A stretch of 64,000 nucleotides of DNA, from positions 806,001 through 870,000 of the forward strand of contig NC_086110.1 in the NCBI RefSeq assembly GCF_963921235.1, in the 5' to 3' direction. Made by a program: the position numbers and the translations under genes. Each line of letters starts with the position of its first letter. Within the stretch, counting starts at the first letter, position 1. Source of the stretch: Mobula hypostoma (taxonomy: Eukaryota). The notes beneath the pieces are model-generated. The model worked only from the letters and a program-made list of their open reading frames with translations, made no database searches and had not been told where the DNA came from. Shown piece by piece: positions 34,696-48,770 of the stretch.

Positions 34696-35099
34696 TGTCA
34701 CAACCACGGACTCGGCAGCGCAGCGAATTCGGCCACTGCGGTTGTGAAGATACGTGTGTCAGCTAATTATCATTTTATTGTTGCGATATTTAACACCCTT
34801 CTTTTCGCAGTAGCGCTTGCCGAGACTTGAGCAAAGTACGGCAACGTTACGCTGACTACTTGGATTTGGCCTGGCCTGATAAAACGAACTATCGAGTGGA
34901 CTGGGGCTGAAGAATAGTATACCAAAGTATTAATTTTGTATTTAGCCCTTCACTTAAGCTGTGGTGTTGGTATCTAGTCTTCCGTTTGAGAGTTTTAGCC
35001 CACAGCCCTGTTTGGCCTAGCGTTTGTTTTCTTTTCCATTAAACTACTCTCCGCTTCAGTGTCCTCTCTGCACTTGGACCATATCCGAAAGTAGTGACA
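34696..35099. mobile_element. Solo LTR, duplicate of 20582-20986, TSD GAATAG
   Basis: Same ends and flanks as the unit A copy. Confidence 0.85.
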
Positions 35100-35679
35100 G
35101 AATAGGTTCGCACTGTTCCTGAGAACACAAAAAAAAAAGAGAGAGGCTATTTGATAGAGGTATACAAAATTATCAGGGCTAAAGACAGTAAATGCAGGCT
35201 GTCTTTTGCCACTGTGGCACTATAACCACAGGTCATTGGTTAAGAATGAAAAGTAAAAAAGGTTAAGGAGAACATAGGGGAAAACGTCTTCACACAGCGG
35301 GTCGTTGGCGTGTGGAATGAGCTCTACGCACAAATGCTGCAGGTGAGTTCGAATTTAACGTTTAAGAGAAATTTAGATTGGTAGGTCAGGAGTAGGGGTC
35401 TGGAGAGCTATGGCCCTGTGCAGGTCAATGGGAGTAGGCAATCTCAGTGGTTTCCTCATGGACAAGATATGCCAAAGGGTCTGTTTCTGTCCTGTACTTC
35501 TCTATAACTCTGACTCTATCCTACCAAAGTGACGTGGCAGATTTCAAGTGATACTCTATTTAAGAAGTGTTGAGCATTGAACATGGAACGGCTACTATAT
35601 ATGATTTTTTTTTTCTTTCCTTTCGTTTTGAAATTATGGTTTTCTTAAAGGATGAAGGAAGGACAGCAAGTGAAGAAAG

Positions 35680-38600
35680 CTTTTTTTTAGAACCATAGAA
35701 CATGACAGCACAGTAACAGGCATTTTCGCCCTTCTTGGCTGTGCCGAACCATTTTTCTGCCCAGTCCCACTGACCTGACCTGGAACATATCCTTCCATAC
35801 GCCTCTCATCCATGTCCCTGTCCAAGTTTTTCTTAAATGTTAAAAGTGAGTCCGCATTTACCACTTCATCTGGCAGTTTATCCCACACTCCCACCACCCT
35901 CTGTGTGAAGAAGCCCCCCCCCCCGCCGCCCCATGTTCCCTTTAAACCTTTCCCCCTTCACCCTTAACCCATGTACTCTGTTTTGTTCTTTTTTCACCCC
36001 TTGCCTCAGTGGAAAAAGCCTGCTTGCATTCACACTATCTGTGCCGATCATAATTTTATATACCTCTATCAAATCTCCCCTCATTCTTCTACGCTCCAGG
36101 GAATAAAGTTCTAACCTTTACACGTTATACTTTATACTTTATTGTCGCCAAACAATTGGTACTAGAACGTACAATCATCACAGCGATATTTGATTCTGCG
36201 CTTCACACTTCCTGGATTTCAAAATGTGAAATATAAAAAATATTGAAAATAGTTAAAATTAATAAATATTAAAAATTTAAATTATAAATCATAAATAGAA
36301 AATAGAAAAATGGGAAGTAAGGTAGTGAAAAAAAAAACGAGAGGAAGGTCCGGGTATTTTGAGGGTACGACCCAAATCCGGGCCAGGATCCGTCCAGCAG
36401 TCTCATCACAGTTGGAAAGAAGCTGTTCCTAAATCTGGCCGTACGGGTCTTCAAGCTTCTGAACCTTCTCCCGGAGGGAAGAGGGACGAAAGGTGTGTTG
36501 GCTGGGTGGGTCGTGTCCTTGATTATCCTGGCAGCACTGCTCCGACAGCGTGCAGTGTAAAGTGAGTCCACGGGCGGAAGATTGGTTTGTGTGATGTCCT
36601 GCGCCGTGTTTACGATCTTCTGCAGCTTCTTCCGGTCTTGGACAGGACAACTTCCATACCAGGTTGTGATGCACCCGAGAAGAATGCTTTCTACGGTGCA
36701 TCTATAAAAATTAGTGAGGGTTTTAGGGGACAGGCCAAATTTCTTTACAGTTCTCAGGAAGTAAGGGCGCTGGTGGGCCTTCATGGCAGTGAACTCTGCT
36801 TGGTTGGACCAAGTCAGCTCATTCGTGATATTGACCCCGAGGAACTTAAAGCTTTTGACCTGTTCCACTTGCGCACCACCGATGTAAGTTGGGTCGTGTG
36901 GTCCACTACTCCTTCTGAAGTTAACAACCAATTGCTTCGTCTTGCTGACGTTAATCGATTGTTTATTGTTTCCACACCATGCCACCAGGTTCTTAATTTC
37001 CTCTCTGCCCTCAAACTCATTATTACCCGAGATACGGCCTACAATTGTTGTGTCATCAGCAAACTTATACATTGAGTTTGATGGAAACTTAGCTACACAA
37101 TTATGGGTGTACAGTGAGAACAGCAGGGGGCTGAGTACACAGCCTTGTGGGACACAAGTGCTCAGAGTGATTGTAGAGGAGAGCTCCCCCCTATTTTTAC
37201 AGCCTGGGTCCTGTCTGTGAGGACGTTGAAGATCCAGCTGCAGATCTGTTTGCTAAGGCCCAGGTTCCAGAGCTTAGGAATCAGTTTATTTGGAACGATG
37301 GTATTAAAGGCAGAGCTGTAGTCAATGAAAAGGAGTCTTACGTATGCCTCTTTATTCTCCAGGTGTTCTAAGGAGGAATGTAGGGCCAGAGTGAAGACAT
37401 TTTCCAAAGTGAGGTCGTGGGACGGAACGGTAGGCATCCTTGACTGCTGTGTACCAGTGGTCAAGTATATTCGGACCTCTAGTCGGGCAGAAGACGTGTT
37501 GGTATAACTTTGGCAGAGCCTTTCTGAGGTTGGCCTGTTTAAAGTCCCCTGCTGTAATGAGCAAAGCCTCCGGAACCTGGTTTCAAGTTCATTGATGTTG
37601 GCATATAGTATGTTCAGAGCAAACTCCACGTCCGCCTGGGGGGCGGGGGGGGGGGGAATATAGACCGCTGTCAGTATGACCGAGGTGAATTCCCGTGGCA
37701 GATAGTGGGGACGACTCTTCACCGATAGGTGTTGCATGTCCGGTCTGCATGAGTTTGTCAGTGCCACTGTGTCCGAGCACCATCCAGTGCTGTTCAGTAG
37801 GCAGACACCACGTCCCCTTCGTCTTGCCTGAAGACGCCGTGCGGTCCATCCGATGGATCGAAAATCCCTCCAGTCGGATAGCACAGTCTGGGGTGTCAGG
37901 GGAGAGCCAGCTCTCGGTGAAACACGATACACAGCAGTTCTGCATCTCCCTGCAGTAGGTGAGTTTCCCTTTAAGGTCATCCACCTTGTTCTCTATGGCT
38001 TGCAAATTAGCTAGTAGGGTGGTGGGCATAGGGACCTGAAGCCCCTCAGCTTCAATCTGACCTCCAGCTCTTTTCCCACGCTTCCACGGTAGGTAGTGCA
38101 TATTTCCAGGTGTTCATCGATGCAGTGTGTTATTGTCAGCTCTTTGAGGTTTGTGGACGCGTCCCACGGAGATCAATCGGCGGGTCGCTTCGTCGGATAC
38201 GCCACATCGAGCCGAGTGACCGGGGAGGCTCCGCTGCCACTTCCAGCTGCCGGAGGTCCGGGCTGTCGATTGGGTCGGGCCCCGAATCCGACACTTAATC
38301 CCGCAGGGCCGGGCTCCTGGCTGAAGCAAGTCCTCAAGCCGAGTCACGGTTCCGGAGGCCTCCGCTTCAGTCGAGCCTCGGGCTCGTTTACCGAAGTCAG
38401 CAGCGGAAGCCTCATTTCCGGCAACTGTGGATGGCCTACAACGGGTCTTTACGGTGGTCGCTCCGGGGAAGCGTCTGGGGCACCTTGAGGTTTCCGCCCT
38501 CACTTCTGTGTGGTCGTCTGCTCCGGAAAGGTGCTGGTCGGAATGGGCCGTGTCTCCAAGCACTCCCGCACGGTAGCAGGCCGTGGGCCTTCGGGAACTT

Positions 38601-39320
38601 GGTGGGCCTCGTTAGTTGGGTCCAGGTGCGGTCCGGAGATAAAGAAGCATTTCTGGCGCGGTGGTCTCCAGCTGGGTCAGTAGCTTCGCCTGGGTGTTGT
38701 TGATCTTCATCTTGCTGAATTGTTGGTATAGAAGGGTTTCTCAGGTATAGGATAGTGGAGAGGTCAGTTTGCTCGGAGAGCACGCGCAAAGTCGCCAGTT
38801 ACCGGCGCCATCTTTAACCTATTCAACCTTTCTCTGTAACTCAATTTTTCAAGTCCGCAACATCCTTGTAAACCTTCTCTGCACTCCTTCAACCTTATTA
38901 ATATCCTTCCTTAATTTGGTGACGAAAACTGTACAAATACTCCAAATTCAGCCTCACCAATGCAAACTCACCATAACATTGCAGGTCTTATACTCAATAG
39001 TTTGATTTATAAAGGCCAATGTACCAAAATATCTCTTTACGACCCTGTCTACATGTGACACCACTTTTAGGGAATTTTGTGACTGTATTCCCAGATCCCT
39101 CTGTTCTACTGCACTCCTCAGTGCCTAACCATTTACCCTGTATGTTCTACCTTTGTTTGTCCTTCCAACCTGCAATACCTCACACTTGTCTGTATTAAAC
39201 TCCATCTGCCATTTTTCAGCCTATTTTTCCAGCTGGTACAAATCCCTCTGCAAGCTTTGAAAACCTTGCTCACTGTCCACTACTCCTCCAATCGTTGTAT
39301 CATTAGCAAATTTAAAACAA
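35680..39320 (-). mobile_element. CR1 fragment split by a Rex1/Babar insertion (CR1 parts 35680-36117 and 38815-39320)
   Basis: The CR1 sequence ...ccagggaataaagttctaacct | attcaacctttc... is contiguous once the insert is removed. Confidence 0.88.
36118..38814 (-). mobile_element. Rex1/Babar LINE with 5' end, APE and RT C-terminus, internally deleted; TSD TAACCT
   Basis: 5' AAGATGGCGCC start; CFTESWL, GDFKQ, NILDHWY (APE); LLFIDYSSAFNTI, YKFADD, KQLVVNFRR (RT). EN is joined directly to the RT middle near 37400. Confidence 0.9.
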
Positions 39321-42021
39321 AAGATTTTATATTGAAGTTGATCAGTTGTTGGAGATGGCAATTCCGAGTTAAAATTGGACTTACAATAACTTATTCACAA
39401 TAACGGAGCGAGCATCATCGCCTCACCAATCTGCATTTCCTCTGAGACGGCCATAATTTTGTCCTGGAGGCTTGCGTGCCTCAAAGAGGCTAAGCTATAG
39501 GTTGGATGAAATCAAGGTTTTATGCTTTACATCTTAGTCTGACCAACTATACCAAACATATCAAAAGGTAGAGGGCAGACTAAGAGTGGTCCACCGATCC
39601 TCAAGGTTCACTACCTCAGGGCTAACTAACCTGGATGGAAAAAAAAAAGAAACTGCTCTGAAAGCAGCAGTGAAGAATCATTGTAAATGGGTGTGTGACG
39701 GTATTCCTGAGTCTCCACCCAGGATTTGCATGACTGACAGGAAACCAAGAAGAAGCTACTGACACGATTAAGATACTGTGAATATCCCCAGAGATGGAGA
39801 ACCTTCATTGCTACCCTAAATGCCAGCGGTCGATTGGCCAGACAAGGAAGATGATAAAGTCGTGTAAACGTACAGTATGGACATGGACACCGGTCCACTG
39901 GGTAATACAGGTCACTATATTAAGTCTAAAATTGATTTATATTCAATCTGTTTATTCTCTCCCCGTTGACATCCATTCCACCAAATTCGAATAATCAATT
40001 ACACACTGTTGCAATGTTAAAGTAACCATATAGCATGCATTTGGGACGTGGGCTACTGTTGTAGCATCTGCTCTCTAGATTAATACACGAATGTGAAGAC
40101 AGGGTATGCTCGTCAACTCACACACTTACTGAATGAAAGGACCAATCAGTCCCAGGCACCGTTGCATAGCAAACAATCCATATGCTACTTGCAACGTTCT
40201 CCAATAAACGTGCATCGATGAAAGTGTGTAGTATACAGTAAATGGCAGGACGCTCAAAAGCATGGATATACAGAGGTATTGTGTGTTAAAAACCGAGAGC
40301 TCTCTGAAAGTGGCAACAATATACATAAAGAGTAGGACATGCTTGTTTGCATTAGTAGGGGCACTGAGTGTAATCTTGCGGAAATCGTGCTGAAAAGGTA
40401 TAAGTGCAATTATTTTTGACAAATTTACAACACCGTACTTTCTAGTAGTCGCTTCTACAGGAAGGATGGATGTAAAAGATTTGAAAAGTGTGAAAAAGAA
40501 TTTTACTGTGAGGATAACTGGATTAGAAAATACTAACTATGGGGAAGTTAGATAAATTTGGAGAGAGATTGAAGGGCAATCTAGTATATAAACTATTTTG
40601 AGGTATAGAGAAAGTACACGGAATGTTTGCATTTTATATTTAAATAGGTCTGATTATATTCATCCTTGAAGCCAAGAGAACTGCATTGTACTTATCTTGT
40701 AATTGGATGAGTAGAAGCATTTATTTTTGTTCAGGCAGTGTTCCCAGAGTGTTTGCATTTTGGAAGCTTCAAGCCAACAGAGCAGAACATCTGGGTGCGG
40801 ATTTAATATGTTTCATACTATTCAAGCTTTCTGTCAGCTCCCCAGTATAGGATCTGACAAATATCAAATGCACAGCACTACACTGCGTTGGTCGTTGCCT
40901 CGACGTATATACTTGCGGAGCAAAAGTGACATCGCAATATTCATACGTTGCCTCTGAAAAATAGAAACGAAATTGTGCACAGGATGGAAGATATGCTTAG
41001 CCAGCAAGCAGGTGCATGCCTTAAAATGCTAATTGCAAACAGTTGTCACTGACATGGTATCCTACTATTATCATATTTCATTTAAAACAGTATATTCTCT
41101 TTTATGTAATAACGTCATTCATATTTGACTTGCTTTGTAGTTATTGTTTCCCACAACAGTCAACTTGCAAAAAAAAACTGATGGAACTTTCTTAAGTAAT
41201 ACATCTAATTGAAAAGGAGAAATTCGTTTATTAAACTACCATTGGAAATTAGTAAGTAGCAGGAGTACGCTCCTCCCACCAAGTCCATTAATAATTCATA
41301 TGGATCTTGGGTTTCAGAGGAGATTCGCAGTAAGTGTGGACAACTTTAAAGGCAGTTTCTGGATTTCAGTCTTCCCCGCTTACACAAAAAAGTAGTATTA
41401 AATTAATATCTGTTCCACGTTCGACTTAGCAATTCCACATTAAAAAACCGGCTAGAGTTACACTTTTGAAAACATCATGACTGGATAAGTCATGGTCTTA
41501 TCCCATTCGAAAATACAATTTAAAAACGTGCACCTTACAGAGAATCAACCCAATACATCACCATTCTCTCTCCCTACTATCGGCAGTATCTACTGGAAGC
41601 ATTGCCTTAAGTAGACAACAAAATTCATCGAATTTTCCCATCATCCACGCCATGCTATCTTTTCGCAGCTGTCATCAGAGAGAGCTGCAGAAGCCTAAAA
41701 TTTCATATAACCGCGTCTACTAAGTTAATTTCCTTCAACTATTCGGTTGTTGAACGAACAGCACAATCGTTATCACTACAGTTCAACACCGCTATGAAAA
41801 TTTTGATCATTTAACAATAAAATGAACAGTTCCTTGTGATCTACTTGTGTTCCTTTTGTAAAAGTGCACGCAGTATGGTAAAGTCATTTTCTCCTGTGAA
41901 GGCTACGTGCCAGTAATCCTGCAAGTACATCTATATTCAACGTTCAAAGTAAACTTATTACCGAAGTACATTTATGGCACTATAAACAATCCTGTGATTT
42001 GTTTTCCTGTGATCATTCACC

Positions 42022-42060
<39 letters not shown>

Positions 42061-42139
42061 ACATTCACTCACTCACTCACACAGAGAGCAAGACGGGAAA
42101 GCACCCGATATGCAAGAGACAATAAGCTGTGCAAACACC

Positions 42140-42224
<85 letters not shown>

Positions 42225-42225
42225 A
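42022..42225. repeat. (CA)n/(CTCA)n tract then (TAA)n and (TAAA)n microsatellites
   Basis: Direct reading. Confidence 0.95.
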
Positions 42226-42802
42226 AATATCAAGAACGTGAGATGATGAGATATACTGATTACACTGTACATGCATGCACACCTGCGTACGAGGAACAAC
42301 TCGACGGAAATAACATTTTAAGATGTGACCAATGCAATCTGAAAAAATGCATCAATTTGGGATCAGCCGTTCCTTTCTACAACTATACTGATCAGTTTTG
42401 AATTGTATTTATGACAAACGGCTGTGACATATTCGACTGTTGCAGTGGTTTCCACCTATTGCTTACAAGGCAACATCACAGTTGCTTACTCTGCTTTGAA
42501 ATAATCTCATTTTAAGAATGTCGTTATTTTCGCCTAAACCACAGAGTTGCAAGATCACGCAACGTTGCTAGGTTGTTTCCGATTGAATATAAAATCTGCC
42601 ATTACTTAATAGGTACTGCAGCTGCTGAAGGTAATGTATTCTACGTGCTGAAACCTGGTGTCTGTTAATTTATGTTTACATTTGCCTTTGAGAAAAAGAA
42701 AAAATCCGTTCAATTTTGACTCATCTCAATAATGTCCATTCATTATTCAAATTATCACGGTTGGAAATTTAGAGAAAATAAGGCTCGGGTCTATCTCCAG
42801 TT

Positions 42803-43690
42803 TCAAAATGACTCCAGATCTCTTCCGTTCCACGTCCATACAGCAAAAAGTACCAACACAACCATAATAATTCCATGCGGATGAATGCAAAACGAGTATC
42901 TTCATACTTCTTTTTTCGTAGCAATTTTTTCTGGATCTGCTATAATGTAGCCGAGAGTGGTTCTCTCAGAAATATGATTGAATAAACATTACATTAAGCT
43001 GTGCCATTCTTATTGTTTACAGAGGTTCAACTTTGGTGAATTCAGTCAGAGAATCATACAACGAGATCAGGAGCTTCGGTGGACTCCATTAATGCTGGAC
43101 TAACTATATCAATGTCTTTTTCAGCAGTCTCCCATTGCCTTCGTAAGCATGACATTCCAAGTGATTTTCTATTTTTTTTTTCCATTTTATGATTGCCTTT
43201 GGATCTCATCTGGCTGCTCATTTGCAGCTTTCAAATTCCTCTAAAAACTCTATATTCAAGTTGACACTTTCTGTCTCAAACAATCTACTGTTGATTATCC
43301 CAGTGCCTTCTGCATTGCCGTATCGAGCTTCTTATCACGTTGCAACGAGAATACACACAAAATTAAAGGTAGCATCATTGGAAAAAAAAATAGTCGACGT
43401 TTCGTGCCGATGACGGATCTTAGCCTGCAACGTCACCGGTTTACTCTTCTCTATAGATGCTGCCTGGCCTACTGAGATCCTCCAGCATCTTGTGGGCGTT
43501 GCAATAGACTTCCAGCATCTGGCTGATTTTTTGGTATTTGTGAGAGGACAGGTATAATCCGCTTAATTTATTACTTTTACCATAAACTGTTTGTATATCT
43601 TTGCTGGTGAATTCCAGAAACCGGTGTACCCAATTAATACATGTGTCCCTGTTATTACACGATAATATATGAACATGCAACCACAGTTCC
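42803..43690 (-). pseudogene. Possible decayed C1 + TM exons of a related IgSF receptor
   Basis: After removing the Penelope terminus, KYLSNDATFNFVCILV aligns gap-free with copy-A KVLNANGLYEVTSILV. 42936-42803 reads D-PEKIATKKEV*RYSFCIHPHGIIMVVLVLFAVWTW...*. Many disablements; tentative. Confidence 0.3.
43385..43530. mobile_element. Short Penelope-like terminal fragment with partial hammerhead
   Basis: gtcgacgtttcg (GAAACGUCGAC on minus, no CUGANGA) next to ctatagatgctgcctggcc...tccagcatct. Confidence 0.7.
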
Positions 43691-44526
43691 TCTGTTATTC
43701 CGTCCTTCCTAGTTTCAGAACACATATTCTTTATTATCTGTGCTTAATTGGCCTTCCAAGCTGCATCGTGTCACGTATTTCAGTTTTAATTTTTTTATCT
43801 TACAGTTTATGGCCATCGGTTTGCAACTGCGGAGTACTTTCCGAATTATCGGTCAAAACACTAAATTTTGCATTATCGGTGAATTGCATTGTATTGTAGC
43901 GGGTATTGTTTTCTCCCAGCTCCAGCGATAAACGTTCTGCTGCTGATTTCTGCTACTGTTTGTGTGGAATTTGCATATTTTACCTGTAGATTTCCTCCTT
44001 TCAGAAGGGTTTTCTCTCAAATCCAAAACACTGGAATGTTTAATGTGTCACTCAAAGTAGTTCTGGTATGCAATCGTGGGAAGTTGGTTTGATGTGAGCA
44101 GAATAAAATGAGGTTGGTGTAGGTTTAGTATAATTGAACGATAATGATCGGCGTGGACGCGATGCACTGACTGAACTGTTCTCGTTACCTATGATTCTGT
44201 TGCACCGATGTACTAAACAAGTTTCATTTACTTACATCCAGAACATTAATCATCAGAAACAAATAAATATATTTCCACCAATCCCTTCAGTAAACACTGT
44301 TTATAGTCTTTTACCCGTAAAGAATGTGATTAGCACCTCTGCCTGCCCTGTTACCAAGCTTGATGCGTTCAGTCCTTAAATATTTGTTTCATTTTGATGT
44401 CAATACTTCCTGTGCTGGCAAGCTGACCTGCCTATAGGAAAGATGGGACAGATATGCTTCGAGCCCGGAAAATGTGCCTGCATCATTTGGCTGTGTGGAT
44501 TAATGAATACAACTATCCAGGGTGGC

Positions 44527-45382
44527 ATAGAAACATAGAAACATAGAAAATAGGTGCAGCAGTAGGCCATTCGGCCCTTCGAGCCTGCACCGCCATTCAG
44601 TATGATCATGGCTGATCATCCAACTCAGAACCCAGCCTTCCCTCCATACCCCCTGATCCCTTTAGCCACAAGGGCCATATCTAACTCCCTCTTAGATATA
44701 GCCAATGAACTGGCCTCAACTGTTTCCTGTGGCAGAGAATTCCACAGATTCATCACTCTCTGTGTGAAGAAGTTTTTCCTAATCTTAGTCCTAAAAGGCT
44801 TCCCCTATATCCTCAACTGTGACCCCTCGTTCTGGACTTCCCCAACATCGGGAACAATCTTCCTGCATCTACCCTAGGATTTTATACGTTTCTATCAGAT
44901 CCCCCCTCAACCCTCTAAATTCCAACGAGTGTAAGCCTAGTTCATCCAGTCTTTCATCATATTAAAGTCCTGCCATCCCAGGAATCAATCTCGTGAACCT
45001 TCTTTGTACTCCCTCTATGGCAAGGATGTCTTTCCTCAGATTAGGGGACCAAAACTGCACACAATACGCCAGGTGTGGTCTCACCAAGGCCTTGTACAAC
45101 TGCAGTAGTACCTCCCTGCCCCTGTACTCGAATCCTCACGCTATAAATGCCTGCACACCATTCGCCTTTTTCACCGCCTGCTGTACCTGCATGCCCACTT
45201 TCAATTACTGGTGTATAGTGACTCCCAGGTCTCGTTGCACCTCCCTTTTTCCTAATCGGCCACCATTCAGATAATAATCTGTTTTCCTGTTTTTGCCACC
45301 AAAGTGGATAACTTCACATTTATCCACATTAAATTGCATCTGCCATGAATTTGCCCACTCACCTAACCTATCCATGTCACCC
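44527..45382 (-). mobile_element. CR1 3' fragment, same subfamily as 22943-26708
   Basis: Near-identical (ATAGAAAC)n tail and ORF2 C-terminus. Confidence 0.93.
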
Positions 45383-46256
45383 GGCTTGATGACATATTGT
45401 AGTGAAATAGTTGACAAAACCTTGAGGAGCGAGATCAATCATTTCACTCTGATGTAACCGAATATTATAATGACAAATTCTGTTTCCTATTGCTTCAGTG
45501 TTCATTGCATTTTAAATCCGCCTGTGTGTTGTTGTACTTATTATTTTTTTACCTTTTTTATCTTATAAAACAGCCTCACACTGTATCTAGGATCATACAC
45601 TACTGCTAGATAAAGTTTGAATCAGGGAGTTATTTTCTGCCATGATATTATTATGTTAATCAGGTATGTCTTCCGCCATTAGGACTCCCATTATCGACAG
45701 CCCATTATTTTTCCATATAAATCATCAATCATCCCATTGAACCAGAACAACCGTCATTTAATTATAGTTTAGTTTACTTTATCACGTTATCCCAAATGCT
45801 GTTTTAAAAAAATGCTTTAAAAATGTTGTTTTGAAAACAAAATTATTTTTTTTCTGCAACTGCTTCATACCGCGTTCACAGGACCAAAATGTATTTGTAA
45901 GTTTACAGAACAAAGATTTAGACAGTTCATCGGCACTGCTCGGAGCATAAAAGGATACAATTATGTATTTCATCAACAGTAATTACCATAAGCCTGTAAT
46001 GTTATGACAGTTCACAGCAAATTTTCTCAAAAGATCTTGACGGATTCATCCGATACTGAAATCAGTCATGTCTGTTGTATTTAAATTAGCTTCGATAAAG
46101 CTATCTGACTGCGATTCAATGAACAGTAGAGGAATTCCGAAACTCCACAGTTCTGTTGCTGAGTTAGAATCAGGCCCTGAATTAGATTTGCCAAGCTACA
46201 AAGATACATTACGACTGAATATCCGGTTAATCCATGTACTCCAAACAGATCCGGAA

Positions 46257-46270
46257 TGCGCACGTACACG

Positions 46271-46328
<58 letters not shown>

Positions 46329-46329
46329 G
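46257..46329. repeat. Alternating purine-pyrimidine (CG)n(CA)n tract
   Basis: gcgcacgtacacgcgcgcgcgcacacac... direct reading. Confidence 0.92.
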
Positions 46330-46879
46330 AATCTGGCATAGTGTGAGTCTAATTTTACTGTCTTATATTTGTATGAGTAAAATTTCGCTGGGACTAAAAT
46401 CAATAACGATCTTTAACAGGACAATCTTGACTTCGAAACCGCGCAATACAGTGGCAGCACCTGGTATATTACTTTTGGTGATTTTTCCTTGCGTTAACTA
46501 GAAAAGATTTCGAAAAAAAAAGCACGTCTCTTGAAAAATTGGTCCTCTACATACATGCCAATCAAAAACACGCAAGTACTTTATAGCATTAGTCACATGG
46601 ATTGAAGTGTTTAATATAAAAGTGCTCATATAATTCATTTCTGCTGTGTAGTTTCCGATGTAGACCTTACAAACATATTCGAAAAATAGTCTGTCACAAT
46701 TGTGAGGCTTTATTTCAAATTTCTAGCAATGCTTTGATTGCTATGGAAACGTATGACCATCAATGGAAGTTAAACTCAATGAGTATGCCTCAGTTATCAG
46801 GGACTTTATCTGGAAGTGCACAGAGGACTGTGTATCTCGCAAGACGATCTTGGATGAATTGTGAGGCCATGCCCCTTTT

Positions 46880-48770
46880 AAAGGCTAGAGCTGCGGCTTT
46901 TAACTCCAGGGATACCAGACGCTACACGGAATCCAGGCGTGAACTCCGGAGAGCCACTAAGGGCGTCAAGAGGTAATATCCGAGCCAAGATAGAAGCCCA
47001 GGCTAACCAGAGGGATGCTGGTAGACTATGGCAGGGTCTAAATGAGATTACTGGGCGCAAAGAAAGGGCTGGGAATATCAATAACTGTTGTGCTTCTCTT
47101 CCTGACGAACTTCCGCAAGATTGGAACAGAAAAGGAACGTCCCGCTCTTTCTGGATGAACCGGACCTGGTGGCATCGAGATTCATCGTCAGCGAGGAGGA
47201 CGCTAGAAAGGCCTTCCTGAAGATGAATCCAAGGATGGCGTCCGGGACGGGTTCTCCGGGCCTGTGCAAGCGAGCTAGCTGGAGTGTTTGCTGAAATTTT
47301 CAACTGCTCCTTGCTTCAGTCTAAGATCCCCTCGGGTTTAAGAAGGCAACGATAATCCCAGTGCCGAAGAAGAGCAAGGTGGCATGCCTGAATGACTATC
47401 AACTTGTGGCTCTGACATCAATTGCTGTAACGTGCTTCGAGTCATTGGTTATGGCACACATCAACCACAGTCTACCGGTCTACCTCGACGCTTTGCAATT
47501 CGCCACCGGAGCAACAGGTCAACGGCAGATGCCATCCCTCTGACCCTACATTCCTCCTTAGAACACCTAGAAAATAAAACCGCATATGTAAGGCTCGTTT
47601 TCATTGACTACAGCCCTGCCTTTAATACCATCATTCCAAATTAACTGATTCCTAAGCTCCGGACCCTGGGCCTTTTCACTCAGATCTGCAGCTGGATCTT
47701 CAAATTCCTCACAGACAGTACCCAGGCTGAAAAAATAGGGGACATGCTGTCCTCTACAATCACTCTGAGCACCGGTGCCCCACAAGGCTGTGTACTCAGC
47801 CCCCTGCTCTACTCACTGTACACCCATGATTGTGTAGCCAAATTTCCATCAAACTCAATATATAAGTTTGCTAATGTCACCACAATTGCAGGCCGTATCT
47901 CGAGTAATGATGAGTTTTAGTACAGGGAGGAAATTAAGAACCTGGTGGCGTGGTGCGAAGACAATAACCTATCTCTCAACGTCAGCAAGACGAAGGAATT
48001 TGTTGTTGACTTCAGAAGGAGTAGTGGACCGCACGACCCAATTTACATCGGTGGTGCGCAAGTGGAACAGGTCAAAACCTTTAAGTTCCTCGGGGTCAAT
48101 ATCACAAATGACCTGACTTGGTCCAGCCAAACAGAGTCCACTGCCAAGAAGACCCACCAGCGTCTTTACTTCCTGAGAAAGCTAAAGAACTTTGGCCTGT
48201 CCCCTAAAACCCTCACTTTGTTTTAAAGATGCACCGTAGAAAGCATTCTTCTAGGGTGCATCACAACCTGGTGTGGATGTTGTCCTGTCCAAGACTGGAA
48301 GAAGCTGCAGAAGATCGTGAACACAGCGCAGCACATCACACAAACCAATCTTCCGGCCTGGATTCATTTTGCACCGCACGCTGTCGGAGCCGTGCTGCCA
48401 GAATAATCAAGGACACGACCCAACCAGCTAGCACACTTGTCGTCCCTCTTCCCTCCGGGAGAAGGGTCAGGAGCTTGAAGACTTGTACGGCCAGATTTGG
48501 GAACAGCTTCTTTCCAATTGTGTGAAGACTACTGAACGGATCCTGACCCGGTTCTGGGCCGTAGCCTCCAAATATGGGGACCTGCCTCTCAGTCTTTTTT
48601 TTTCCCACTACCTTATTTTCCCTTTTCTATTTTCTATTTCTGATTTATAATTTAAATTTATAATATTTACTACCGACTTGTACTCCAGGGAGAGCGAAGC
48701 GCAGAATCAAATTTCGCTGTGATGATTGTACGCTCTAGTATCAATTGTTTGGCGACAATAAAGTGAAGTA
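46880..48770 (+). mobile_element. Rex1/Babar LINE RT fragment with 3' tail
   Basis: [47 protein letters not shown]; 3' end matches the 36118 copy. Confidence 0.9.

Larger units (their letters stand above)
22538..40169. repeat. Tandem segmental duplication, unit B (~17.6 kb, inflated by TE insertions)
   Basis: See unit A; ends at the shared sequence cccaggcaccgttgcatag (22537 and 40169). Confidence 0.92.

Noticed and set aside
36269-37072. ALKBH8-like host gene (DUF1891-type similarity)
   Set aside because: The sequence is the Rex1/Babar RT C-terminus within a TSD-flanked LINE, a common source of mis-annotation.
41999-42299. Poly-Ile/poly-Leu and HT-repeat ORFs resembling TM proteins
   Set aside because: Translations of (TAA)n and (CA)n microsatellites.
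43385-43420. Third hammerhead ribozyme
   Set aside because: Only GAAACGUCGAC is present; the CUGANGA core and stem II are missing.
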